Shown here: positions 18,753 to 28,728 of the stretch, one piece after another
How the letters are laid out: each line of letters begins with the position of its first letter
How positions within the stretch are numbered: the stretch's first letter is position 1
Source: Wigglesworthia glossinidia endosymbiont of Glossina brevipalpis
GTDB lineage: Bacteria; Pseudomonadota; Gammaproteobacteria; Enterobacterales; Enterobacteriaceae
Length of the DNA: 32,000 nucleotides
Direction: 5' to 3'
Assembly (NCBI GenBank): GCA_000008885.1
Contig: BA000021.3
Coordinates: 180,001 to 212,000 of the forward strand
Translations under genes and position numbers: made by a program
Notes under the pieces: generated by a model
Seen by the model: only the letters and a program-made list of their open reading frames with translations
What the model was told of the DNA's origin: nothing
The model's database searches: none

Positions 18753-21347
18753 ATGAAAAAAGAATACTCTTGCAAAGAAATAGAAAGATTTGTACAAAAA
18801 CATTGGGAAATTAACGACACTTTTAAAGTTTTAGAGGATTCCAAAAAAGATAAATATTATTGTGTTTCAATGATGCCATATCCATCTGGAAAATTACATA
18901 TGGGTCATGTCAGAAATTATGTATTGGGAGATGTAATAGCAAGGTATCAAAGAATGTTGGGAAAAAACGTTTTACATCCAATTGGTTGGGATGCTTTTGG
19001 CTTACCAGCTGAAACAGCAGCAATAAATAATAAAATATCTCCAGAAAAATGGACTATTTCAAGCATTGAATATATGAAAAATCAATTGAAATTATTAGGA
19101 TGCAGTTATGATTGGAGTAGAGAAATAATAACATGTGATCCTAAATATTATAAATGGGAGCAATTGTTGTTTACTAAATTATACAATAAAAACAAAGCAT
19201 ATAAAAAAAAATCAATAGTTAATTGGTGTCCTAAAGATAAAACAGTTCTTGCAAACGAACAAGTAATCGATAATTTATGTTGGCGCTGCAGTTCTAATAT
19301 AGAAATGAAAAAAATTTTTCAATGGTTTATCAAAATAACTGATTATGCAGATGAATTGCTAAATGATTTAAATGATTTGAAACTTTGGCCTAAAAAAGTA
19401 AAAGTTATGCAAAGAAATTGGATAGGAAAGTCTAAAGGAATAGACGTTTTATTTCATATAAAAGATACAAATGAAAAAATTTTAATATATGTTAGTAAAT
19501 TAGAAATATTTATGGGTATTACATTCATAGTAATATCTAAAGAACATAAATTAATAAAATTTATAGAAAATAAACTTCCAAGTATTGCAAAATTAATTAA
19601 AAATTATAATAATGAAAAAACTTTGGAACTAAATTTAAGAAAAAAAACAAAAGATGGGATTTTTACATCTTTATTTGCAATACATCCAATATCAAAAAAA
19701 ATTCTTCCTATATGGATTTCCAACTTTTTTTTCACTAATAATGATATTTATCAATCTATAGCAGCAATACCTGCTTACAACAAGAATGAACTAGACTTTG
19801 CTAAAAAATATAATTTACCTATAAGGTATGTTATAAAAGATTACTTTGAAAAAATAATAGATTTTAAAAAATATAATAATTTAAAAGAAGGTATATTATT
19901 TAACTCTAATATATTTAATGGATTAAATTTAAAAAATGGCTATGATAGAATATCAAAATTTTTAATTAGTAATAAAATTGGAAAACGATCAACTCATTAT
20001 AAATTAAGAGATTGGTGTATTTCTAGGCAAAGATATTGGGGAGCTCCAATTCCTGTTTTAATAACAAAAGAAAACAAAATATTAGTTGTTTCAGAAAATG
20101 AATTGCCTGTTATTCTTCCTAAAGCAAAAAACAATAATATAATACATTCTTTAAATTCTTATAAAGATTGGATTTATGTATTAAATGATAACAAATTAGT
20201 AAAGAGAGAAGTTGATACTTTTGATACATTTATGGAATCTTCTTGGTATCTTCATAGATATACTTGTACAAAATATACAAAAGATATTTTGGATCCTAAT
20301 GCAACAAACTATTGGTTTCCAGTAGATCAATATATTGGAGGAATTGAACATGCTACAATGCATCTTTTGTATTTAAGATTCTACCATAAAATATTGAGAG
20401 ATATGAATTTTGTTAAATGCGATGAACCAGTAAATAGATTGTTATGTCAAGGAATGGTTTTATCTGATACTTTTTATTATTTTTCTAAATCTGGAAATAA
20501 AATATGGACTTCTCCAAAAAATAAAAATTTTGAAAGAAATAAAGATAATAAAATTATTAATGCAATAGATTCATTAGGAAATAAATTAACTCATATTGGA
20601 ATGAGTAAGATGTCTAAATCAAAGAATAATGGGGTAGATCCTCAAGGCATTATTAATAAATATGGATCAGATACTCTTCGTTTATTTATAATGTTTGCAG
20701 CTCCTCCAGAATTATCTTTGGAATGGAGCGATAAAGGAATAATTGGAGCAAATCGTTTTATTAAAAAATTATGGAAAATAACATATAATTATTTAAATTT
20801 AAAAAAAAATAATAATTATGTTTTTTATAAAAAACTAAAAGAACAAGATAATATTTTATTAGAAAAATCTTTTTATGTAATAAATAAAGTAACAAAAGAT
20901 ATAGATAAAAATCAAACTTTTAATACTGCTATCGCAGAAATTATGAAACTTACTAATCATCTGAATTCTTATATTAACAAGAACGAATACAATAATATAT
21001 CAATTATAAAAAAAGTATTAATGATTATTATACGTTTATTATATCCTTTTATACCTCATGTTTGTTTTGTTTTATGGAATGAAATTAATAAAAATAATGA
21101 TATAGATAAAACAAAATGGCCGAAAATAAAAATGCCATTTATAAAAAATAAGAAAAAAAATATAGTTGTCCAAATAAATGGAAAACTAAAGACAGTTATA
21201 TCATTTGATATAAGTTGTAATGAATTTTTAATTAAAAAATGTGTTATAGAAAATAACAAAATAAAAAATCTGTTAAATAAAAAAAAAATAAAAAACATTA
21301 TATATGTTAAAAATAAAATAATTAATATAGTATTAGATGATAAATAA
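18753..21347 (+). CDS. leuS: Leucyl-tRNA synthetase with degenerate CP1 editing site
   Basis: 864 aa. HIGH-like PYPSGKLHMGHVRNY, WDAFGLPAE, NWCPKDKTVLANEQV, DTFMESSWY, GMSKMSKSKNNG (KMSKS). RBS-like AAAGGA at about 18735. Confidence 0.98.
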   Translation: MKKEYSCKEIERFVQKHWEINDTFKVLEDSKKDKYYCVSMMPYPSGKLHMGHVRNYVLGDVIARYQRMLGKNVLHPIGWDAFGLPAETAAINNKISPEKWTISSIEYMKNQLKLLGCSYDWSREIITCDPKYYKWEQLLFTKLYNKNKAYKKKSIVNWCPKDKTVLANEQVIDNLCWRCSSNIEMKKIFQWFIKITDYADELLNDLNDLKLWPKKVKVMQRNWIGKSKGIDVLFHIKDTNEKILIYVSKLEIFMGITFIVISKEHKLIKFIENKLPSIAKLIKNYNNEKTLELNLRKKTKDGIFTSLFAIHPISKKILPIWISNFFFTNNDIYQSIAAIPAYNKNELDFAKKYNLPIRYVIKDYFEKIIDFKKYNNLKEGILFNSNIFNGLNLKNGYDRISKFLISNKIGKRSTHYKLRDWCISRQRYWGAPIPVLITKENKILVVSENELPVILPKAKNNNIIHSLNSYKDWIYVLNDNKLVKREVDTFDTFMESSWYLHRYTCTKYTKDILDPNATNYWFPVDQYIGGIEHATMHLLYLRFYHKILRDMNFVKCDEPVNRLLCQGMVLSDTFYYFSKSGNKIWTSPKNKNFERNKDNKIINAIDSLGNKLTHIGMSKMSKSKNNGVDPQGIINKYGSDTLRLFIMFAAPPELSLEWSDKGIIGANRFIKKLWKITYNYLNLKKNNNYVFYKKLKEQDNILLEKSFYVINKVTKDIDKNQTFNTAIAEIMKLTNHLNSYINKNEYNNISIIKKVLMIIIRLLYPFIPHVCFVLWNEINKNNDIDKTKWPKIKMPFIKNKKKNIVVQINGKLKTVISFDISCNEFLIKKCVIENNKIKNLLNKKKIKNIIYVKNKIINIVLDDK

Positions 21348-21858
21348 TTTGATAAAAAAAATAAAATTATTTTTTTTTTGCCTTCTTCCTATAGGATGTT
21401 CTTCTTTAAAAGAACAAAATTATTTTAATGATAAAATAAGTATTATTTATTTAAATAATAACAATTTAAATGATTTAGAAACAAAAATAATAAATAGTAA
21501 ATTCTTATTTTATGGAATTAATATTTTAAATCTAACAAATGACAAACAAAATCCAATTATAAGAATTATTGATAAATCAGAACATGTAAAAAAAATAGGA
21601 TCTTTTGATGAAAAAAATATATTTAATATTGATTACGAAATAACAATGTCAATAAGTGCAGAATTTATTTTAAATAAAAATAAAAAATTTTTAATTTCAT
21701 CTACGATAAATCGTAATTACAGCGATAATAACTTTTCTTCATTTCATAGATATGAAGAAAAAAATATTTTTTTTTCAGAATTATACTCTGAAGCTATAAC
21801 AAATTTGGCGAGAAAATGCATATTTTTAATATATAAAAATAATTTTAAATTAACATAA
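21337..21858 (+). CDS. lptE: LPS-assembly lipoprotein LptE (RlpB)
   Basis: 173 aa. Signal peptide with lipobox LPIGC, located between leuS and holA as in E. coli; overlaps the leuS 3' end by 11 nt. Confidence 0.85.
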   Translation: MINNLIKKIKLFFFCLLPIGCSSLKEQNYFNDKISIIYLNNNNLNDLETKIINSKFLFYGINILNLTNDKQNPIIRIIDKSEHVKKIGSFDEKNIFNIDYEITMSISAEFILNKNKKFLISSTINRNYSDNNFSSFHRYEEKNIFFSELYSEAITNLARKCIFLIYKNNFKLT

Positions 21859-21871
21859 TAAATGATTAGAA

Positions 21872-22915
21872 ATGTTTTATATGGAAAATTTATCAAAAAA
21901 TAAAAATAAAAAAAAACTTCTTATAAAAAGAAATAAGCATTATATTTTATTTGGAAAAGAAAATTTTTTATTACAAATGAAAACTAAGTCAATATTAAAA
22001 AAAATAAAAAAAAATTTTACTTTAATTTATAAATTTGATATAGATTTAACGACAGATTGGAATTTTTTGATAAAAAAAGTAGAAAACTTAGATTTATTTT
22101 ATAAAGAGTTAATTATTATATTGATCTTGCCAAAAATCATAACCGAAAAAATAAATAAAAACATTTATACTATTGTTTCTTTTGCAAAAGAAAATATAAC
22201 ATTAATAATTAATATCTTTGATATTAATGATATAAACAAAGAAAAATTTTGGTTTTTTAAAATAAAAAGAAATATAACAGTAATAAATTGTAACATTAAA
22301 AACGAAAAACAATTTTTATTTTTTATAAAAGAAATTTTAATATATTTTAAAATAAATGTTGATTCTGATTCAAAAAAATTTTTAATTAAAAATTTTAGAA
22401 AAAATATAAGTTTTACAATAAAATTTTTAAAAAAATTAAGTGTTTTATATGATAAAAAAGAGATAAAAATAAATAATATTAAAAATTTATTAGATAATTA
22501 TATAATACAAACTCCAAAAAAACTAATTAACGAAATTTTTTTAAAAAATCATAAACAATCAATATTTATTTTGAAAAAAATGAAAGTTCAAAATTTATTT
22601 GATCCTATTATAATTTTAAGAAATATACAAAATAATATAATATATTTAATACATATCAAATATAAAAATAAAATTAATAACTTTTATTTAAATTTTTTTC
22701 TATATATAAACAAAAATTATGAAAAAAATAAACATTTAATTATAAATTTTTCTAAAAACACCAGTATATATCAATTGCATGAATCAATAAATTTGATTTT
22801 GTTTTTAGAAATACAAATTAAAAAAAATTGTAAAAGTAAAATTGTTTGGCATGTTTTTGAAAAAATTATTTTAATATTATGTGGATTCAAAACTCCTAAA
22901 ATAAAAAAAAAATAA
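21872..22915 (+). CDS. holA: DNA polymerase III delta subunit
   Basis: 347 aa. Weakly conserved sequence but good synteny (lptE-holA-nadD) and matching patterns (Y.LFGKE.FLLQ, DIDLTTDWNFL, KNHKQSIFILKKMKVQ...PIIILRNIQ). Confidence 0.85.
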   Translation: MFYMENLSKNKNKKKLLIKRNKHYILFGKENFLLQMKTKSILKKIKKNFTLIYKFDIDLTTDWNFLIKKVENLDLFYKELIIILILPKIITEKINKNIYTIVSFAKENITLIINIFDINDINKEKFWFFKIKRNITVINCNIKNEKQFLFFIKEILIYFKINVDSDSKKFLIKNFRKNISFTIKFLKKLSVLYDKKEIKINNIKNLLDNYIIQTPKKLINEIFLKNHKQSIFILKKMKVQNLFDPIIILRNIQNNIIYLIHIKYKNKINNFYLNFFLYINKNYEKNKHLIINFSKNTSIYQLHESINLILFLEIQIKKNCKSKIVWHVFEKIILILCGFKTPKIKKK

Positions 22916-23550
22916 TGAAAAAATCTATTCTTACTGCTTTTTACGGAGGAACATTTGATCCAATACATAACGGTCATATAAAATCTGCGATAGCTTTAGC
23001 AAAGTTAATACATTTAAATCGTATTATTTTAATACCAAACGGTTCTCCCGTGCATAAACCAATACCTGTTGCATCTGCAGAAGATAGGATAAATATGATT
23101 AATCTTGCTATTTCTGAAATATCAGAAGATATATTTGAAATTGATTATAGAGAAATTAATAATAAAATACCTTCTTATACTATAAATACTTTCGAAAATT
23201 TGAGAAAAGAATATGGACCAAAAGCACCTCTGGGTTTTATTTTAGGACAAGACTCATTTATGAAATTACATACATGGTATAGAGGATATGATATATTAAA
23301 ATTTTGTCATCTTTTAATATGTGCAAGATCTAATAATATGATTAATCTAAAAAAAATAAAGTTTAAATTTATAGATCCAAAAATATTGCATTATATTCCT
23401 TTTGGTTTAATTTATTATGCTTTCACTCCAATAATAAAAATTTCTTCTAGAAATATTAGATTAAGATATAAATTTGGAATTTCTTGTAATGGATTAATAT
23501 CTTCATCTGTTCAAAAATATATAAATAAAAAAAATATATATAAAAGATAA
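22915..23550 (+). CDS. nadD: Nicotinate-nucleotide adenylyltransferase
   Basis: 211 aa. YGGTFDPIHNGHIKSA, IPNGSPVHKP, FILGQDSF, HTWYRGYDIL. Confidence 0.96.
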   Translation: MKKSILTAFYGGTFDPIHNGHIKSAIALAKLIHLNRIILIPNGSPVHKPIPVASAEDRINMINLAISEISEDIFEIDYREINNKIPSYTINTFENLRKEYGPKAPLGFILGQDSFMKLHTWYRGYDILKFCHLLICARSNNMINLKKIKFKFIDPKILHYIPFGLIYYAFTPIIKISSRNIRLRYKFGISCNGLISSSVQKYINKKNIYKR

Positions 23551-23740
23551 ATAGGAATTTTTATAATGTTATTATTAAGAATTTTTATAAAAATTAAAAA
23601 AATTATATTATAAAATAATTAAATAAATAATTTAAATTTTATTAATTTTAAAAAAAACAAAATTTTTATAAAAAATTAAAAATAATCTTTCAAAATTTAT
23701 ATATTTAATTTTTTATTAAAAAATTTGATACAAAAATATT

Positions 23741-25596
23741 ATGAAAAAAATAAATAAATATTTTAATAAACGTGAAACAGAATCAAAAATATTTTTGCAA
23801 AGAATAATGATATCTTTTTTTTTATTATATTTTTAACTGTGATATTAATTTCTAATCTATATTATCTTCAAATATTTTGTTTTTCTATGTATCAAACCAA
23901 ATCTAATGATAATCGAATAAAAATAATTTCTATTCCTCCATCAAGAGGCACTATTTCAGATAGAAACGGAAATTTATTAGCATTGAATCGTACTATTTAT
24001 CAATTAGAAATTAATTTAAAACAAGTTGAAAATATCGAAAAAACTATAAAAGAACTAAAATCAGTAGTTGACTTAAATCAATCAGATATTTTTTATTTTG
24101 AAAAAGAAAGAAAAAAATATAATTATTTAAATAAATTTTTAATAAAATCAAATCTTACAGATATTCAACATGCTAGGTTTTCTATAAATCAATATAGATT
24201 TCCTGGAGTGCATGTCAAAAATTATCAAACAAGGTATTATCCTTATGGAGAGGATATAGCACATGTAATTGGATATGTATCTCAAATAAGCAATAAAGAC
24301 ATGATATGCTTAAGTTACAACAAAGATCTTTTAAATTATTATAAAACAAAATCGGTAGGAAAAATAGGAATAGAAAAATTTTATGAAAAAAAATTACATG
24401 GACAACCTGGATTTAAAGAAGTAGAGGTAAACAGCAAAGGTAAAATAATAAGACAACTTAGATTTTTTCCTCCTCAACCAGGAAAAAATATAATATTAAC
24501 ATTAGATTTAAATATACAAAAATATATTAAAAATTTAATATCTTCAATTCGCGCAGCAGTAGTAGTTATAGATCCAAGAGACGGAGGAATATTAGCTTTG
24601 GTATCTAATCCAAGTTACGATCCTAATATATTTGTAAATGGAATTTCTAACAAAAAATATTTAGAATTATTAACAAATTTAGATCGTCCATTTATAAATA
24701 GAACAACACAAGGGACTTATCCTCCTGCTTCTACAATAAAGCCATATATTTTAATTTCTGCATTACATTCAGGAATAATTAATACAAACTTTTTTTTGTT
24801 TGATCCAGGTTGGTGGAAATTACCTGGATCAGAAAAAAAATATAGAGATTGGAAAAAATGGGGCCATGGTTATTTAAATATAACAAAAGCTATAGAAGAA
24901 TCTTCTGATACTTTTTTTTATCAAATTGCATATAATATGGGAATAGATAGGTTGTCAGAATGGATGAAAAAATTTGGATATGGAACATATACTGGTATTG
25001 ATATTTCAGAAGAAAGCATAGGTGTGATGCCGAATAGAGATTGGAAATTAAAATACATAAAAGATCCTTGGTATCAAGGAGATACAATTTCTGTAGGAAT
25101 AGGACAAGGATATTGGACAGCAACTCCTATTCAAATATCAAAATCATTAATGACACTAATAAATAATGGATTAGTAAAAAATCCTCATTTATTATACGGA
25201 ATTTTAGAAAAAGATAATAAATTTATTCCATACTTTCAATCTAAATATTTACAAATAGGAGACCCGAGATCTAATTTTTGGGAAATAGTAAAAAATGGAA
25301 TGTATGGAGTGGCAAATCATTCTAATGGAACAGCATATAAAAATTTTTATGATGCAAAATATAAAATAGCTGCTAAATCTGGAACAGCTCAATTATTTAG
25401 TTTACAGCCAAACGAAATATACGATCCTAAAAAATTGTCTACTCAATTTAAAGATCATAAACTGATGACTGCATTTGCTCCGTTTAATAACCCTACCGTA
25501 TGTATTGTAGTTATTTTAGAAAACGGCGGAGACTATCTTTCTGCTGGAGAAATTTCAAGAAAAATATTAGATTATATTTTATTAAAAAAATCATAA
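23741..25596 (+). CDS. mrdA: Penicillin-binding protein 2 (peptidoglycan transpeptidase); N-terminal anchor region frameshifted (frame restored by +1 nt)
   Basis: The ORF track starts at GTG 23839 inside the TM helix. ATG 23741 encodes MKKINKYFNKRETESKIFLQRIMISFFLLYF* (E. coli MKLQNSFRDYTAESALFVRRALVAFLGILL) and the other frame continues LTVILISNLYYLQIF. T9 (23815-23823) or T5 (23830-23834) is one base short. Catalytic SxxK (ASTIK), SSD and KSGTAQ motifs present downstream. Confidence 0.93.
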
Positions 25597-25611
25597 TTTA
25601 TATATTAAGGC

Positions 25612-26718
25612 GTGTACATGTACATTAATTTTTACAAAAAATTTTTTCACAGAAAAATTCAAATTGACTTTATGTTTATAACAGTAATATTGTTACTTCT
25701 AATTTATAGCATTTTTATAATTTGGAGTGCTAGCGGAAAAAATTTAGAAATAATTCAAAGAAAAATTATACAAATATGGATAGGAATGTTAATTATGATA
25801 TTTCTTAGTTACATTACTCCGAAAGAATACGAAAAATTAGCTCCATATTTATATTTTTTATGTATCACATTACTTATATCTGTACATTTTTTTGGAAAAG
25901 TTATTAAAGGAGCAAAAAGATGGTTAGATTTTGGAATAATACAATTTCAACCAGCAGAAATAGCAAAAATAGCTGTTCCATTGATGATATCAAGAATAGT
26001 AAATCGTTCAGATATTTTTATTTCTTTTAGATGTATTTTATTATCTTTTATTCTAATATTGATACCAACTTTTTTAGTAGCAAAACAACCAGATCTTGGA
26101 ACTTCAATTTTGATTTTTTTTTCTGGAATATTTGTATTATTCTTATCAGGAATAAGCATAAAAATAATTTTTTATGGATTTTCTATTTTATTATTTAGCA
26201 TACCAATATTATGGAATTTTTTAATGCATGATTATCAACGTAATAGAATAAAGGCTTTATTAAATCCTGAACTAGATCCGCTTGGTATAGGATATCATAT
26301 TTTGCAATCAAAAATTGCAATTGGATCAGGTGGTTTATATGGTAAAGGATGGCTTTCTGGCACTCAATCTCAGCTAGAATTTTTACCAGAAAGACATACA
26401 GATTTTATTTTTTCTGTATTAGGAGAAGAATTTGGATTTTTAGGAAGTATAATATTACTTCTTTTATATTTATTATTAATAATAAGAGGATTAATAATTT
26501 CAATGCAAGCAAATAACATTTTTTGCAAAGTTATTTCTGGAAGTTTAATTTTAACTTTATTTCTTTATATTTTTGTAAATATTGGAATGGTTTGTGGAAT
26601 ACTTCCAATTGTAGGAGTTCCATTGCCATTAATAAGTTATGGAGGATCTGCATTAATAGCATTAATGTCAGGTTTTGGTATAATAATTTCAATTAATAAT
26701 CATAAAAATGTTAAATAA
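25612..26718 (+). CDS. mrdB: Rod shape-determining SEDS glycosyltransferase RodA
   Basis: 368 aa (GTG start). IWSASGKN, GAKRWLDFGIIQFQPAEIAKIAVPL, KQPDLGTS, QSKIAIGSGGLYGKGW, LPERHTDFIF, VGVPLPLISYGGSAL. Confidence 0.97.
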   Translation: MYMYINFYKKFFHRKIQIDFMFITVILLLLIYSIFIIWSASGKNLEIIQRKIIQIWIGMLIMIFLSYITPKEYEKLAPYLYFLCITLLISVHFFGKVIKGAKRWLDFGIIQFQPAEIAKIAVPLMISRIVNRSDIFISFRCILLSFILILIPTFLVAKQPDLGTSILIFFSGIFVLFLSGISIKIIFYGFSILLFSIPILWNFLMHDYQRNRIKALLNPELDPLGIGYHILQSKIAIGSGGLYGKGWLSGTQSQLEFLPERHTDFIFSVLGEEFGFLGSIILLLLYLLLIIRGLIISMQANNIFCKVISGSLILTLFLYIFVNIGMVCGILPIVGVPLPLISYGGSALIALMSGFGIIISINNHKNVK

Positions 26719-26757
26719 AACAATATAATAACAACTTTATTTTATTCGAATAATAGT

Positions 26758-27990
26758 ATGAATCCATTTGTTAATAAAAATATATTTTATATAAAAATTT
26801 TTTATAAAAAATTTTTAGAAATATTTAAATTTATTACAATAATTTATTTATTTATAGGAAAAACTTATTCTGAACAATATAATGTAGAAATAAAACCTCC
26901 AAAAATAAATGCAGAATCTTATATTCTTATTGATTATTACTCTGGTCAAGTATTAGCCGAAATGAATGCAGACTCTAAAAGATTACCAGCAAGTTTAACT
27001 AAAATGATGACCAGCTATATAATAGGTATGTATATTAAATCTGGTCATATTAAATCAAGTGATTTAGTAAAAATAAGCAAAGAGTCTTGGATGTTAGGAA
27101 ATCCTTCTTTAAAAGGATCATCTTCGATGTTTTTAAAACCAGGAGATCTTGTTTCTATATCAGATTTAAGCAGAGGAATAATTCTTCAGTCTGGAAATGA
27201 TGCTTGTGTAGCAATTGCAAACTACATATCTGGAAATCAGGAATCATTTGTAGAACTTATGAATAATTATGCTAAAAAATTAAAACTAAAAAACACACAT
27301 TTTAAAAATGTGCATGGATTAGATAACGCAGGTCAATTTACTTCAGCTAGAGATATGTCTATTATTGGAACTTATCTTATTAAAGATGTGCACGAAGAAT
27401 ATATAAAATATAAAGAAAAAGAATTTACATACAACAATATACGACAATTAAATAGAAATAATTTACTTTGGGATAAAACATTAAATGTTGATGGTATTAA
27501 AACTGGGCATACAAAATTGGCTGGATATAATCTTGTTGCGTCTGCAATAAATGAAAATATGAGATTAATATCAGTAATACTTGGAGGAAGATCTATAAAT
27601 GAAAGAGATAATGGAAGTAAATCTCTTTTGAATTGGGGTTTAAGATCATTCAATACAATTTTATTTTTAAGATCTAATGAAAAATTCGTTAAAAAATATA
27701 TTTTTTTTGGAAAAACTAATTATGCTTATTTAGGAGTTAAAAATGATATATATATCACAGTTCCAAGAGGAAAAGAAAAAGAAATAAAAATAGAATATAT
27801 TTTTTTCGATTCAACTTTAAAAGCTCCTTTAAAAAAATATCAGCAAGTAGGAAAAATATTTTTTAAATTAAATAACTCAATTATACAGCAACATCCTCTT
27901 TTAGTTTTAGAAAATGTTGATTCTGGAAATATTTTTAATAAAATATTAGATTATATGAAATTAGCAATAAATCATTTTGTAAATAATTAA
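26758..27990 (+). CDS. dacA: D-alanyl-D-alanine carboxypeptidase DacA (PBP5 family)
   Basis: 410 aa. SESYILIDYYSGQVLAE-type N-terminus, SLTK (SxxK), SGNDA (SxN), KTGHT, C-terminal amphipathic helix KILDYMKLAINHF. Confidence 0.96.
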   Translation: MNPFVNKNIFYIKIFYKKFLEIFKFITIIYLFIGKTYSEQYNVEIKPPKINAESYILIDYYSGQVLAEMNADSKRLPASLTKMMTSYIIGMYIKSGHIKSSDLVKISKESWMLGNPSLKGSSSMFLKPGDLVSISDLSRGIILQSGNDACVAIANYISGNQESFVELMNNYAKKLKLKNTHFKNVHGLDNAGQFTSARDMSIIGTYLIKDVHEEYIKYKEKEFTYNNIRQLNRNNLLWDKTLNVDGIKTGHTKLAGYNLVASAINENMRLISVILGGRSINERDNGSKSLLNWGLRSFNTILFLRSNEKFVKKYIFFGKTNYAYLGVKNDIYITVPRGKEKEIKIEYIFFDSTLKAPLKKYQQVGKIFFKLNNSIIQQHPLLVLENVDSGNIFNKILDYMKLAINHFVNN

Positions 27991-28051
27991 AATTTATTTA
28001 TTTTATATTTTTAAAGCAAATTATTTATTATTAAATAAAATAAAAATTTTC

Positions 28052-28702
28052 ATGAATAAAGTTAATTTTAGAATATTAGGATTACAAAAATATCAAGATA
28101 TATATTATATAATGCAAAAATTTATTACTTGCTTAAAAAAAAACAATATAAATGAAATATGGTTGTTAGAACATTATCCAGTATTTACTCAAGGTAATTC
28201 TGATAACTTTAATAAAAAATATATATTTAACATTCCTGTCGTTAAAACTGATAGAGGAGGCCATATGACATTTCATGGGCCTGGCCAAAAAATTATATAT
28301 TTTTTATTAAATATTAAAAATTTAAATATCAAAATAAGTAAATTAATTTTTTATTTAGAAAATATTATTATTTCTACTTTATCTTATTTTAAAATAAATT
28401 CTTATTCTATAAAAAATTCTCCAGGAGTGTATGTTGACAAAAAAAAAATTTGTTCAATAGGATTGAGAATAAAAGATGGTTATTCTTTGCATGGTTTAGC
28501 ATTAAATGTTGATATGGATTTATATCCTTTTTCGCATATACATCCTTGTGGAGATAAAAATATAAAAATGACTCAAATAAGAGATTTAATATCAAATATT
28601 AATTTAGAAAAATTAAATACACAAATAATAAATAATTGTAAAAAATTTTTAATGATGAATAATTTTGAAATAAATTTTTTAAACTCAATTAAAATATTTT
28701 AA
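28052..28702 (+). CDS. lipB: Octanoyl-[acyl-carrier-protein]:protein N-octanoyltransferase
   Basis: 216 aa. DRGGHMTFHGPGQ, KKICSIGLRIKDGYSLHGLALNV with catalytic Lys, HPCG with catalytic Cys. Confidence 0.96.
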   Translation: MNKVNFRILGLQKYQDIYYIMQKFITCLKKNNINEIWLLEHYPVFTQGNSDNFNKKYIFNIPVVKTDRGGHMTFHGPGQKIIYFLLNIKNLNIKISKLIFYLENIIISTLSYFKINSYSIKNSPGVYVDKKKICSIGLRIKDGYSLHGLALNVDMDLYPFSHIHPCGDKNIKMTQIRDLISNINLEKLNTQIINNCKKFLMMNNFEINFLNSIKIF

Positions 28703-28728
28703 AAAATCTTATACAAGAGATATAAATA

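Noticed and set aside
25613-25624. 12-bp perfect palindrome TGTACATGTACA covering the mrdB start
   Set aside because: Short; could be a regulator site but equally chance overlap of start-codon context. No second copy or regulator evidence in the window.
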